Source: a virus
Taxonomy: Duplodnaviria > Caudoviricetes
Length of the DNA: 59,314 nt
Reading direction: 5' to 3' (one strand)
Virus record (IMG/VR): IMGVR_UViG_3300036768_000707
Span: 1-59,314 of that record
Part shown: positions 43,399-53,574 of the stretch, piece by piece
Layout of the letters: each line of letters begins with the position of its first letter
Numbering within the stretch: position 1 is the stretch's first letter
The notes under the pieces: generated by a model
Databases searched by the model: none
Seen by the model: only the letters and a program-made list of their open reading frames with translations
Told to the model about the DNA's origin: nothing
Position numbers and translations under genes: made by a program

Positions 43399-45918
43399 TC
43401 ACGCCCAGCGTCGAGCCCTCTTGACCTCCGCCTCAAGCGGCACAGGGATGATCACGTGAAGCCTCTCCGTGTTCGGATGCGTCATCTCGTACGAGACGAG
43501 CTCCTCGACTTCTTCGGCGACTTCATCGGCAACTTCGATGAGGATCGAGTCATGCACCATCCCGAACGGCCTGACGACACCTCGCTCATAGTAGCCGCGG
43601 CGCGAACACTCAGCGTCGATCTGCGCGAGTGCAAGTTGCGTCAGGTCAGACGCTGTCGCCTGGACAGGCGTGTTGATCGCTTTTCGTAGCTTTCCATGAG
43701 CGTCTTCATTCTCGAAATCGATGCGCCGTCTTCGTCCGAAGACGGTCTCCGTCCAACCGCGCTCAACAATGTTCCAGTGAGCTTCGTGCCAGGCAATGAA
43801 GTCTGGATACAGCTCAGCCCACCCTGCACGCATCATGCTGGCCTCGTCAAACGTCAGATCAATTCCATAATCTGCGCGTGCGACATTGATCAGCACATGT
43901 TCTGTGCCCCCATACAAGAGCGCGAAGTTGGCAGGTTTGGCCCTGTACCGTTCGTCAGGTGTCACGGAGAGCCATTCTCCGAGAGAGGTCTGACCTTTGT
44001 GTGGAATCCAAGCTTCTAGCCTTGTTCTGTACTGCGCGATCGTCTCCCCGGTCCTCCCCGCCTTGATCCAACCCGCAGTTGCTGTGTGCGGATCGATCCC
44101 AGCATTCAGGAAGTGGATCAGCGTCCTCTCGTTCGCAAGCCAGGCAGCAATCCGTAGTTCGATCTGCGAGTAGTCCGCTGCGAGAATCTGGAATCCAGGT
44201 TCTGCGCAGACCATCGCGCGCGCATACGCCTCATGCGGATACTGCTGTAATGTCCCTCCCGATTCAGATTCTGCCGACGTCCTGCCCGTCGTTGCCCCTG
44301 TCGGTTTGAAGATCGTATGCAACCGCGCATCCCCCTGTTCTTCGAGCATGTGCAGCCAGGGGCGGAGATACGCATTCTCCAGCTTCTCGATACGCCGAAG
44401 CAGAATGAGTGGCGGCATGACAGCATGTTCTTTCTCTCGCGGGATGAGGTCGTCAAGCCGCACTGATGGCCTGTGCGTCTTTGGTGTGCGCGGTAGTGTG
44501 ATGCCGTGTTGTTCGAGTAGAGGTCCGAGTACATTATCGTTGAACACGACCTCGAACCGTTCTTCGACCCCAAGCATCTGACCGATCTTCTTCGCGAGCT
44601 TCATCATAGAGACGCGCGCCTTGTATTCCGCTCGCCTGAGCATCTGCATGTCGATCGGCGCTCCGAAGAGGGATGCGCGCGCGAGTGCATAGGTCGAAGG
44701 GAGCAGCACAGCGTTGTAGAACTCGAACGCGCGCTCTCGCCCCTCTTCTCTGATCTTCCGCAGCTCTGCCTCTTCGAGCAGTACTGTCGAGATGCAGTCT
44801 TTAGCGTTGTACTCGAGAAGCGTCTGCCAGCCTTCGCGCGTGTCAGGGCGACGGCCAACGACAGACAAGACTGCGCTCTCCTTCTTCCACCCAGGCGCGA
44901 CATCAGTTAGCAGTGACGTGAGCGACTCGAGAGAGTGAGAAGATTCGATGTTCAGAAGAGAGGCGAGCACCATCGTGTCCCCCGCGAGTTGTGGTGCATA
45001 TCCGTACGCGAGGAGCCAGATCAGGTCGTAGGTAGCATTGTGGTAGATCGACGGGACGGATGCGATGAGCTCTTTGAGTGTCTTGACCCGGAGAGAAGAC
45101 TCATCGGGCGTGCGCGGGATTGCAACCGAGACACCGAGTACTGTCCCAGTGTTGAGGCGGCCAGCAATGCCTACCGATGTCAGGTCAGGGAGCACACCCC
45201 CACGCCTCGACCACGGCCACTTTCTACCCCCCTCGACGTTTGTTTCGACATCGACAGCCACGCGTGCGCACTCACTCCTGAGCGTCGCGAGTGCGTCACG
45301 CACCTCCGCAGTGAAGTCGTATCCTGTGACGACCTGACCTGCCGTCCCGCCTCCGAGAAAGCGCTGCGCAAACCGAAGGTCTTCGACGATCTGACCGAGC
45401 ACCATCGCACGCCTGTGCGGCGCATGCAATGCAGCCGCAGGATGGTACGTCACGATCACAGGCACCGCGGACCTGTATTCTGGCTTGAGCTGTAGCACTT
45501 TCCCACGTTCAGCTGAGATCTTCGTCCGGCCTGTAAGTGCTGCAAGAGCTGCACCACCGACGGCGACGATGACTTCTGGTTGTACAGCAGCGATCGCGCG
45601 GATCGTGTATGCGAGACAGGCAGCTTGCTCCGCGGGTGTCGGAGTGCGGTTCAAGGGCGGACGGCAGCGAACCGTGTTATCGATGAACACGTCATCGGAG
45701 GAGATGTTCGCTTGCGCGAGACAGCTTTCGAGCAACATGCCTGCCTGCCCGACGAAAGGCAGCCCCTGCTCTTCTTCGTTCGCCCCAGGCGCTTCTCCGA
45801 AGAGCATGATCCGGGCAGGGACCGCACCTCTCCCCGGGACACAGACGCGCTTGCCTTCGAGCTTCGGCGCGCGCGAGAGTGCGCATCTCGTACAGTCGGC
45901 GTCGTAGAAGTTCAGCAT
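43399..45918 (-). CDS. Family A DNA polymerase with N-terminal family-4 uracil-DNA glycosylase domain
   Basis: CTRC, GEAPG..E...G.PFVG.AG, RCRPP, TYHPAA (UDG); AVDVET, HNATYD (3'-5' exonuclease); TGRTS, ADYSQIELR, R..AK..NF..LYG, NTPVQATA, VHDS (PolA). Confidence 0.93.
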   Translation of the reverse strand: MLNFYDADCTRCALSRAPKLEGKRVCVPGRGAVPARIMLFGEAPGANEEEQGLPFVGQAGMLLESCLAQANISSDDVFIDNTVRCRPPLNRTPTPAEQAACLAYTIRAIAAVQPEVIVAVGGAALAALTGRTKISAERGKVLQLKPEYRSAVPVIVTYHPAAALHAPHRRAMVLGQIVEDLRFAQRFLGGGTAGQVVTGYDFTAEVRDALATLRSECARVAVDVETNVEGGRKWPWSRRGGVLPDLTSVGIAGRLNTGTVLGVSVAIPRTPDESSLRVKTLKELIASVPSIYHNATYDLIWLLAYGYAPQLAGDTMVLASLLNIESSHSLESLTSLLTDVAPGWKKESAVLSVVGRRPDTREGWQTLLEYNAKDCISTVLLEEAELRKIREEGRERAFEFYNAVLLPSTYALARASLFGAPIDMQMLRRAEYKARVSMMKLAKKIGQMLGVEERFEVVFNDNVLGPLLEQHGITLPRTPKTHRPSVRLDDLIPREKEHAVMPPLILLRRIEKLENAYLRPWLHMLEEQGDARLHTIFKPTGATTGRTSAESESGGTLQQYPHEAYARAMVCAEPGFQILAADYSQIELRIAAWLANERTLIHFLNAGIDPHTATAGWIKAGRTGETIAQYRTRLEAWIPHKGQTSLGEWLSVTPDERYRAKPANFALLYGGTEHVLINVARADYGIDLTFDEASMMRAGWAELYPDFIAWHEAHWNIVERGWTETVFGRRRRIDFENEDAHGKLRKAINTPVQATASDLTQLALAQIDAECSRRGYYERGVVRPFGMVHDSILIEVADEVAEEVEELVSYEMTHPNTERLHVIIPVPLEAEVKRARRWA

Positions 45919-45958
45919 CTAGAACACATGCTCTGTGCCGTACATCTTCTGTCTCCGC

Positions 45959-46660
45959 TCATCCATGCTTCTGTCTCCCGTGCAGTCTCCGGTATGCGCT
46001 GAGGACATCGAGTTGAGCGCGTAAGAATGGTTCCCATTCCGACAGGGGGAGCGAAAAGAACTGCGTCCAGGGCGCACGATGCGTCTTGATCCACTCCCAC
46101 GGTTTCTCACCATCGTATGTCTCAATGATGCCGTTATTCTCTAATGCGACCCAGCGACGGAAACATGACATGCATCGTCCGCACCGGATGAGAGAAGAAT
46201 CGTAGCAGGAGAGTGTCGCACGCAGAGCGTCCGGATCGCCACCGCACTCGAGATAGGCCCGTACGGCTTCCGTCTTGGTCATCTTGTGCAGCGGCGAATA
46301 GACGCGGACGGGCTTCTGCGCAGTATATGAGAGCAGAGAAGACATGCTCTTGAAGAAGCGCTTGTGCTTGTCGCGCGAGTACTCGCCTGCGACTGCGCAG
46401 AGCAGCACCTCATCCGCATCCGTCATCGCTTGCGCCTGAGTAACAAGCAACACATTCCGTTGTGGTACGAACCCATCTTCACGTTCGATGGTTGTGAGTT
46501 GCGGCCCAGCGACGACACGCACATCTGGCCCGAGATGCGCGATCTCTTTGTCCGCATACCGCGTACGGAGGTCGATATGCAGCAGGATCGCGTCTGGGAT
46601 CAACTTCGAAGCGATGAACGAATCAAGACCTCCCGAGTACAGAATGACGCGGTTCATCAC
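45959..46660 (-). CDS. queC: 7-cyano-7-deazaguanine synthase
   Basis: LYSGGLDS, FVPQRN, TKTE, TLSCY...CGRCMSCFRR. Confidence 0.9.
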   Translation of the reverse strand: MMNRVILYSGGLDSFIASKLIPDAILLHIDLRTRYADKEIAHLGPDVRVVAGPQLTTIEREDGFVPQRNVLLVTQAQAMTDADEVLLCAVAGEYSRDKHKRFFKSMSSLLSYTAQKPVRVYSPLHKMTKTEAVRAYLECGGDPDALRATLSCYDSSLIRCGRCMSCFRRWVALENNGIIETYDGEKPWEWIKTHRAPWTQFFSLPLSEWEPFLRAQLDVLSAYRRLHGRQKHG

Positions 46661-46980
46661 TGATCCTCCTTCTCAATCCTGCGCACGAAAGGCCATAGCA
46701 CGGCGTACGGTTCGTGCGTGATCGCATCACAGATCCAGTGCACAAGGTATGGCCATGCACGCCCGCGCGTGAGCATAAAGAGAGAAAAAGCGACGAGTGG
46801 AGAATGGAGCATGCGCCCGAGACGGACGCGGGGGTCGTCTTCATGTACTCGAGTCCTCTCGAGTATGAACAGGGGATTCGCAGCATCTGGCGCAAGCGTC
46901 CAGAGCAGGTCTGAGATATGGACACCACGCCGTCGCGCGAGTGCAAAGGTGACGCCGAGATGAGTGAGTGGGGCCATCAA
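46657..46980 (-). CDS. YdjM-like membrane-associated metal-dependent hydrolase
   Basis: TH...APD...LHS...HWICDAITH...LWPF. Confidence 0.6.
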   Translation of the reverse strand: MMAPLTHLGVTFALARRRGVHISDLLWTLAPDAANPLFILERTRVHEDDPRVRLGRMLHSPLVAFSLFMLTRGRAWPYLVHWICDAITHEPYAVLWPFVRRIEKEDQ

Positions 46981-46983
46981 TCA

Positions 46984-48414
46984 TCACTCCTTCGTACACA
47001 CAGGGGGCTGGACGTTCATTCTTCTGCGTGCAGCATCAAGTAGAGACTTTGCTACATCTAGTTTGTCCCTGAGAGTCTCATACAGGTCTTGATCCACCGA
47101 GTTCTCGATCACGAGGTGGTAGATCGGTCGCGTATGCGTATCTCCGTACTGGTACAGACGGCTCTTCGCTTGCTCGTAGTGCACGAGTGACGCATCGAGG
47201 CTGTAGAAGATCGCTGCCTCCGCACATGAGAGGTCGATCGCCTCCGAGGTCGTAGCGATCTGACCAACGAGAATGATCGGCGCGTGCGCCTGTTGAAATC
47301 GGCTCAGGCGTGCATCACGATCCTTGCGGCTGCGACCATCCAGGACGATCGTCTCAGCAAACTTCGCCGAAAGCTCCGCGACGCGATCAACATCAGGCGT
47401 GAAGCGACAGAAGATCACGATCTTCCGCGCCTCTCCTCCTCCTGCGTACAGGTCTTCAAGCATCTCCTGTAGTGCGTCGAGTTTCTCACGTGACGTGTAC
47501 ACGATCGACCCATCGACATCTCGGACGAAGCCTGACGTGAGCTGCTGAAGCCTCAGCATCTTCGTGAGCACGATGCGAGAAAGTACTGTCGCTGACCGCT
47601 GTGCGCCAGATGCATCGATTCCGTCGATATCGAGGACAGCTTGTCTGTTGAACTCGTTGTAGCTCTTTCTGTCTTTCAGGTCCAGAAGGATCACGTTCGG
47701 CGGCTCTTCAGGCGGCAGCTGATCGTCTACTTCCCTGCGCGTACAGCGGAATGTCGCCTCGTGAAGACGCTGTTCGATGATGTCGGTATTACGGAAGCCC
47801 TTGATCTCATATCCGCCGTAGCCGCCTTTGATGATGAAAGCTGACTCAAAATCAGACCATCGCGTACCAAAGACGGTGCGGTCGATGAAAAGAAACTCTG
47901 AGTAAATTCCCGGAATGCCCCCAGGTAAAGGCGTGCCCGAAAGCATGAGCCGGTAAGGCGCACGTGCCCCCAGCACGTGCGCGAACCGAGATTGCTGAGA
48001 TCTGCGGTTTGCGAGGCGATGCCCTTCATCGGCAATGACGAGTTCTGGTTGCCATTCGAGGATCGCGTTTCTGAGTGCCGACCTCCAGTAGCTTTCGTAA
48101 CCAACCGCGATGAGCGTGACACCCGGATCTGAGAAGTGCGCGCGTAACCGTTCTGCACGCTGCGCGACACTGCCCTTCGTGCAGTCGACGAACTGAGCAG
48201 ATGGCCATAGTTCCGCAAGCTCATCTCTCCATACCTTTGCTGCATAGAGCGGGAGTATGACGAGAATCTTGCGCACGGAAAAGTACTTCGCAAGGTAGAG
48301 CGAGATGTACGTCTTACCGAGACGCATATCGAGAAATAAGCCGCCCTTGAGCCCGCGTCTGATCATGCGTGCGACAGCCTGCCTCTGGTACGGGCGGAGT
48401 CTCTTCGTCGTCAT
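46984..48414 (-). CDS. SNF2-family helicase
   Basis: LRPYQ, DMRLGKT, IADEGH, LSGTP, LRLQQLTSG, EAIDL, QAKSR. Confidence 0.92.
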   Translation of the reverse strand: MTTKRLRPYQRQAVARMIRRGLKGGLFLDMRLGKTYISLYLAKYFSVRKILVILPLYAAKVWRDELAELWPSAQFVDCTKGSVAQRAERLRAHFSDPGVTLIAVGYESYWRSALRNAILEWQPELVIADEGHRLANRRSQQSRFAHVLGARAPYRLMLSGTPLPGGIPGIYSEFLFIDRTVFGTRWSDFESAFIIKGGYGGYEIKGFRNTDIIEQRLHEATFRCTRREVDDQLPPEEPPNVILLDLKDRKSYNEFNRQAVLDIDGIDASGAQRSATVLSRIVLTKMLRLQQLTSGFVRDVDGSIVYTSREKLDALQEMLEDLYAGGGEARKIVIFCRFTPDVDRVAELSAKFAETIVLDGRSRKDRDARLSRFQQAHAPIILVGQIATTSEAIDLSCAEAAIFYSLDASLVHYEQAKSRLYQYGDTHTRPIYHLVIENSVDQDLYETLRDKLDVAKSLLDAARRRMNVQPPVCTKE

Positions 48415-49475
48415 ACCGCGCGGTACGTCAACGGCATCCAGTACTTGTAGGGAGTGTCTGGTGCGTCGATGAGCACGATCGACCGCGGGTCAGTGTAGTG
48501 GATCGTGAGCTCACTAGCGAGCTGTTTCGCCACGCCCAGGAACTCAGCATCAAAGTTCAGTTCGATATCAGGGACAGCCTGTGTGTCCATCGTCGTCACG
48601 AACGTACCCACCTCTTTGTCCGCGACGATGAATCCCGAAGTACCTTCGCGCACGCGGAACCGCACGACGCGGTTGGCGTCGAGAATGGCAGCTGCTCGCT
48701 CCGCTGCGGCAATGGCCGAAGCCGGGACTTTGACCGTGTACTTGAACGTGCGCGGCAACGTTCCGAGTCCCGGATACTGCCCAGACAACGCTGAAAGCAC
48801 GACGCGCGTGCGCGTGTCATGAAGCACGATGTGCGACGAATTGAACTGGATGCTAAACTCCGGATCCATCAGCGAGATCGCAGTGAGCAGATCAGCGACG
48901 GGAGCAGTGACGTGAGGCTTGTCTTCGTTCTTGGAAATTGTGGTCGGCACATACGGGACGATCGCGGCACGGCCGATACCATCTGTCGCCTGAAGCACGA
49001 GCTTCCCTTTGACGACCGAGATGTTGACGCCTGTCAGTACAGGACTGTGCATACGCTTCGCTGCGACCTGATCGAGAAACGCGATCAGCGGCCGGATGCC
49101 ATCTCGGGTGCAGCCAGCAGAACACGTTGGAGTGATGCTCTTCGCTTGATATCTCCGCGATTTCTGGATGTTGAACGCCATTGTAGACTTCGCCACCGCG
49201 AGAACAAGTTGCCCACGCGACAGCGTTAGCTTCGCCTCTTCTTCCTGATCGAAGATAGCGAGAGCTGACGTGAGCTTATCGCCTGCAACTGCGACTGGTT
49301 CTGTCAACCCAATCTTCGTTCCCGGGGCTACGGATTCTGCTGCGCAGTGCAGACCTTCGAATGAAACCGTGAGCTCTTTTCCGTCATCTTCTGAGAAGGT
49401 GAGTGTCTTCGACCCTGTATCGAGGGAAGCGAGACTCCAGAGAGAAACGAGTTGGGCGAGTTCTCGTACGTTCAC
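48411..49475 (-). CDS. DNA polymerase III beta-clamp-like protein
   Basis: PVLTGVNI...LQATDG.GR, LSGQYP, NFDAEFL; 354 aa. Confidence 0.8.
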   Translation of the reverse strand: MNVRELAQLVSLWSLASLDTGSKTLTFSEDDGKELTVSFEGLHCAAESVAPGTKIGLTEPVAVAGDKLTSALAIFDQEEEAKLTLSRGQLVLAVAKSTMAFNIQKSRRYQAKSITPTCSAGCTRDGIRPLIAFLDQVAAKRMHSPVLTGVNISVVKGKLVLQATDGIGRAAIVPYVPTTISKNEDKPHVTAPVADLLTAISLMDPEFSIQFNSSHIVLHDTRTRVVLSALSGQYPGLGTLPRTFKYTVKVPASAIAAAERAAAILDANRVVRFRVREGTSGFIVADKEVGTFVTTMDTQAVPDIELNFDAEFLGVAKQLASELTIHYTDPRSIVLIDAPDTPYKYWMPLTYRAV

Positions 49476-50488
49476 GATGTGCTCCAGTTCAGAGGAAGGG
49501 GAGAATGCGCTAGAATGGGTCGGTTCTGGTTTGCGAGCTCCTGCCTTTCAAGAAATACCTTGATCGCTACTTCGAACTTCGCTTGTTGTGAGCCTCCAGG
49601 TTCGAGAAGCACCTTTGGGTCATAGCCCCAACTTCTCACCTTTTCTTCGAAGAACCGAGACTTCGAGACCTCACGCGTAGACATTGGGACATCGCGCCTG
49701 TACATGAACTGGCCATACGCCCCAAACCGAACACAGTTGAGCCAAGTAGTCGAATCGAAGCTATCGAACGTCGTCTGTTCGAGGACGCTAGGAAGCGACG
49801 TACCAAGATAGTGAGAGTAGACGTGTGCCTGTCGCGCCTGATCAGCAAGATATCGTGATCTGCGCCGAAGCTTGATTGCATCCTGTCCCGGAATAGCGAC
49901 GTACTTGTAGTCGCGCAGCATCGCATTCCAGCGCGGATATGGCGGAGGATCAACTTCTGGATGCCATACGACGATGAGCCGATCTCCGACGATGCGCTTG
50001 ATCTGGTCGCGCGACCAGTCAGCTACCGCAACGCCTGGAATCCATTTGCCGTCGTCACGCACGATCCGGAACTTGTCGAGGTCCATCTCAACGACGAAGT
50101 CCCACGTGTCGAGATGTTCTTCTAGATAGCGAAGATAGCGTGCAATGTAGTCTTTCACAAGCTGGTACGGCAATGTTGGGTCCGCTTTGCGTTCAACAGC
50201 TTTCGCAGATGCAGCCTTCGGCTGTGACTTTGCTGACCGGTCGACAGCGCCATACTTCCGCATGAGAGTGTAAACACCCGAGTCGAGATAACGGTACTGT
50301 GGCCACTCATCTAAGATCGGCCTGATGCGCTTATCCCAACGAGATGAACGCGATATCTCCCAGAACGAACAGAGAAGAGCATCTGCCTGACAGGCGAGGA
50401 GAGCTCGTGCAGTAAGTTCGGACTGCGCGCCCGCGAAGACGATGAGCCTCTTCTCAGGAAACATCGTCTTCGGTCGTATCCTTGTCAT
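49472..50488 (-). CDS. DpdA-like DNA 7-deazaguanine transglycosylase (TGT fold)
   Basis: LLCSFW...YLDSGVYT, EMDL, IVVWH, YVAI, HYLG, SFDSTTW motifs; same genome encodes folE/queD/queE/queC. Confidence 0.72.
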   Translation of the reverse strand: MTRIRPKTMFPEKRLIVFAGAQSELTARALLACQADALLCSFWEISRSSRWDKRIRPILDEWPQYRYLDSGVYTLMRKYGAVDRSAKSQPKAASAKAVERKADPTLPYQLVKDYIARYLRYLEEHLDTWDFVVEMDLDKFRIVRDDGKWIPGVAVADWSRDQIKRIVGDRLIVVWHPEVDPPPYPRWNAMLRDYKYVAIPGQDAIKLRRRSRYLADQARQAHVYSHYLGTSLPSVLEQTTFDSFDSTTWLNCVRFGAYGQFMYRRDVPMSTREVSKSRFFEEKVRSWGYDPKVLLEPGGSQQAKFEVAIKVFLERQELANQNRPILAHSPLPLNWSTS

Positions 50489-50685
50489 GCCAGAAACTTC
50501 TCAATCGATTCGCGCGAGATGTAGTAGCGTGGCTTCTCCGACCCCTTATTGACCACCTTGAGGCGGAGCTGATTCTGAGCAACGAGCTGCATGACCCGCC
50601 GAGTCGAGATCGGCTTCTGTCCGAGCGCTTCACCGATCATCGCGCACGCAACCGACCTTGGAACCCAGACACTGTGGCGACACAC
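50485..50685 (-). CDS. Small excisionase-like HTH protein
   Basis: ISTRRVMQLV...RYYISRESIEKFL. Confidence 0.55.
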   Translation of the reverse strand: MCRHSVWVPRSVACAMIGEALGQKPISTRRVMQLVAQNQLRLKVVNKGSEKPRYYISRESIEKFLA

Positions 50686-50799
50686 AGCAACCTCTTCGAA
50701 GGGCCGGACGCTACCCCGCCTCTGGATGTAGGGGGAGCCATTACCAGCAGCTGGAGTAGCGTCCGGTTGGTTCTATTCTGTCGTATTCTGATGCATTCG

Positions 50800-52278
50800 T
50801 CAAGGGGTGGGCTGCATCACCACCTCGAAGTCGTACACGCCCGTATTGTTCGTGTGGTTGTACACACACGAGACGTTCGCGGGCGAGACTGGCAGTGCCG
50901 ATGTGGGAATGCGCGCGACGTACGTCGCCCAATCCGGCGCGCCGCCATCGGGTGGGTTCACGCGCTGCGCCGTGTATCCCTTGAGCGTACAGGAGTCAGT
51001 GCGGAACACATTGAACACGACGTCCGCATACCCAACCGGCGTGAGGCCGTTCTTCGGCAGCACAGGCCCATCGAACGCGAAGCTGTCCCAGTGGAAGATT
51101 TGAAGATTCGCCGCGCATTCGCCGTCTTTGCACGGGTTGTACGATGCTTGTTCGAGGTACACGTACCCACGGTCGAAGCCCGGATCGCCGATCGTCGTGT
51201 CGCTTACCGTCGTCCCATTGACGACGATCTTCAGGTGCGTACGGCTCACGTAGACGTCCACGAGGTCGCGCACGTTGTCCTGTCCCGGATAGGCGACTCC
51301 GGGATCATACTCCGTCAGCGTCCGCCCGTCACGTACGCTGCGGGTCAAGAAGCCTGCGCCGTTCGGCCCACCCCGGAACCAGATCTCGATGCTGTTCTTC
51401 GGCACATTCTTGCAGCCGCTGTCGCCGCATGAGCGGTCGTCCGTCATCGTCTTCGTGAGATCCGGCGAGATCGACAAACGCACGTACCGCCGCGCCGACG
51501 TCTTCAGATCCACCTCGAAGTGGATGTGGCCCGTGCGCCCCGCGAAGTCGAACGGCTGGTGGTGGCGCATGATCGCTTCACCAAAGTTGCCGTCATCCAC
51601 CACCGTGTGGAAATGTTCTTGCTGGTTGAAGAACGAGCCATACACCGGCGATACGCCCGAGCTCACCGGATAGTAGTCGATGCCCGATGACGACAGCACG
51701 TTGAAGCTCACAGAGCGGCTGGAGTCCGGGAACCGGCAGCGCGGGTCCGTCTGGTCGTACGGCGGCGGCACAGGACAGTAGAGGTCACGGTAGTCGTCGC
51801 ATAAGGCCCAGCCGCCCGTGTCGCAGAAGAAGCGCGGCGTGCCGCAGTTTGTACAGCTCAGGGCCGGCGTTGGCGTGGGAGTCGGTGTAGGGGTCGGGGT
51901 CGGCGTATTTGTCGGCGCCTGGGTGGCTGTCGGGGTCAGGGTTGGCGTGGGCGTGGGCGTCGCCGTAGGCGTCGCCGTGTCTGTAGGTGTGGACGTGTCA
52001 CCCGGGGTCGCGGTCGGGGTCGGGGTGGACGTATCGGTCGGTGTCGGTGTGAACGTGTCGGTCAGGGTCGGAGTCAGAGTCGGGGTCGGAGTTGGTGTAC
52101 GCGTACGTAGCCTTTTCTTGAGCAGCTTCTGGCTGCATGACAGCTCGTGGTTGATGGTGACGCAAGAGTTGTTGCTGTTGTCTACTCGTGCTGCAGGTGA
52201 TGGCTCCGTGGAGCTGATCACTGCCCCGAGCACAATACCAAGAAGCACGAGGACAATGCCGATGAAGCGGACAACCAT
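50800..52278 (-). CDS. Secreted/membrane-anchored protein with Pro-Thr linker and beta-sandwich domain
   Basis: N-terminal hydrophobic segment; long (PT)n tract; Cys-containing C-terminal domain. Confidence 0.75.
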   Translation of the reverse strand: MVVRFIGIVLVLLGIVLGAVISSTEPSPAARVDNSNNSCVTINHELSCSQKLLKKRLRTRTPTPTPTLTPTLTDTFTPTPTDTSTPTPTATPGDTSTPTDTATPTATPTPTPTLTPTATQAPTNTPTPTPTPTPTPTPALSCTNCGTPRFFCDTGGWALCDDYRDLYCPVPPPYDQTDPRCRFPDSSRSVSFNVLSSSGIDYYPVSSGVSPVYGSFFNQQEHFHTVVDDGNFGEAIMRHHQPFDFAGRTGHIHFEVDLKTSARRYVRLSISPDLTKTMTDDRSCGDSGCKNVPKNSIEIWFRGGPNGAGFLTRSVRDGRTLTEYDPGVAYPGQDNVRDLVDVYVSRTHLKIVVNGTTVSDTTIGDPGFDRGYVYLEQASYNPCKDGECAANLQIFHWDSFAFDGPVLPKNGLTPVGYADVVFNVFRTDSCTLKGYTAQRVNPPDGGAPDWATYVARIPTSALPVSPANVSCVYNHTNNTGVYDFEVVMQPTP

Positions 52279-52284
52279 AGCAAT

Positions 52285-53574
52285 CTATCCTCCAAGTTTT
52301 TTCTTCGCTTCCGCGATCGCGATCTCCGCGGAAGTAAGTGCTTGTTTGGCTCCCTCAACATCAAGGGGGGATGTGCTGGCCGTCGTCGCTGTCGCTGTCA
52401 CTGACCCTGTTGCTTCTGTCGTCGCTGTCGCGGACGTGATTGCGGCAGACGTGAAGACCTGTGGTGGAGCAGAGATCGGACAGCCAAGCGCCTGCGCCTT
52501 CCCAAGATCTGCAGAACTGATGATGCCATCTGCGTTCAGGTCGTAGTCAGGTCTGTACCGCGGATCTGAACGCCTGACGTTCAGGAGCGCGCTGATATCG
52601 CTCAGTGTGATCTGCCTGAGAAACCGCTGGTTGTTCGTGACGAACATCTCACGCTGGAACGGTTGCCAGGGGTTATCGAGTGTGAGTATGTGCGCCCACC
52701 AGATGGCTGTGCCGACTTTGATCTGTATCTTCCCCAGAGCCTGCTGATTAGCAAGATTGTTGAGGTCAATCTCTGGGTCGAGGAGAGGAAGCACGAGACT
52801 CTTGAGTGTCTCGCCGCCTCTCGTCACGTACGGGGGTGCGCCGTTCTTCCTCACAAGGGTGAGGCCAGCTGGGACGTACAGATCGAGATTGTTCTCGAGC
52901 ACATGCACGAAGGGCACAGGGGAGCCCTCTGTTTGATCGATGAGCGGTTGCATGTCACGCAGCAGACAGTCAGTAGCGGCTACCACCTGCCATCGGTGGC
53001 ATTCCATGCCCCATGCGTGATGCGTCTCGTGCCCGTCATTACCAGATAGCCCTCGTGCCTCCATATCTGGATACGTGTTGATGTTCGTGTAGCCAGGAGG
53101 ATAGGAGCCAGTGACGATCTTGATGTAGTCGACGTTGCCATATGCTGAATGGCCGCGGTCTTCGCCGCGTGTCGCGCCCGGAGGCGCGGGCGTCTGCATC
53201 GTCGCACCACCAGCCCATGCCCCGCCCCACGAGTAGACGAAGTTCCATCTGTAGCAGTTGTAGGGCTGTGTCGGATCGCCCTCATTCATCGCGAGACCAA
53301 GCTCGTCTGTCGCGACGTTGATCAGTTGTCCGATACCCCAGAGTCCATACCTCGTGCCGAAGTCGCCAGGATTTGGGCCGAGGAAGTAGCTGTGAGGTCG
53401 CATGCTGCGGACACTATGAAACTGCATCCCCTCCCACGCCGTCCAGCCTGTTTGCCGAGCAGCGTGAGCGATGAACTGTTTGTGCGTGTTCTTCACAGCC
53501 TCCCACGCCTGGTCCTCAGGCCAGGTAGGTTGATCAGCAGGACGGATGTAGATCTTGCGGTTGGGCGCGATCAT
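52285..53574 (-). CDS. Putative HExxH metallopeptidase with dockerin/EF-hand-like motif
   Basis: GHETHHAWG; [14 protein letters not shown]; Thr/Ala linker; coupled to the endolysin stop. Confidence 0.55.
   Translation of the reverse strand: MIAPNRKIYIRPADQPTWPEDQAWEAVKNTHKQFIAHAARQTGWTAWEGMQFHSVRSMRPHSYFLGPNPGDFGTRYGLWGIGQLINVATDELGLAMNEGDPTQPYNCYRWNFVYSWGGAWAGGATMQTPAPPGATRGEDRGHSAYGNVDYIKIVTGSYPPGYTNINTYPDMEARGLSGNDGHETHHAWGMECHRWQVVAATDCLLRDMQPLIDQTEGSPVPFVHVLENNLDLYVPAGLTLVRKNGAPPYVTRGGETLKSLVLPLLDPEIDLNNLANQQALGKIQIKVGTAIWWAHILTLDNPWQPFQREMFVTNNQRFLRQITLSDISALLNVRRSDPRYRPDYDLNADGIISSADLGKAQALGCPISAPPQVFTSAAITSATATTEATGSVTATATTASTSPLDVEGAKQALTSAEIAIAEAKKKLGG

Noticed and set aside
50485-50685. 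Integration module (excisionase-like gene implies integrase/attP)
   Set aside because: No tyrosine or serine recombinase or tRNA-like att site recognisable in the window
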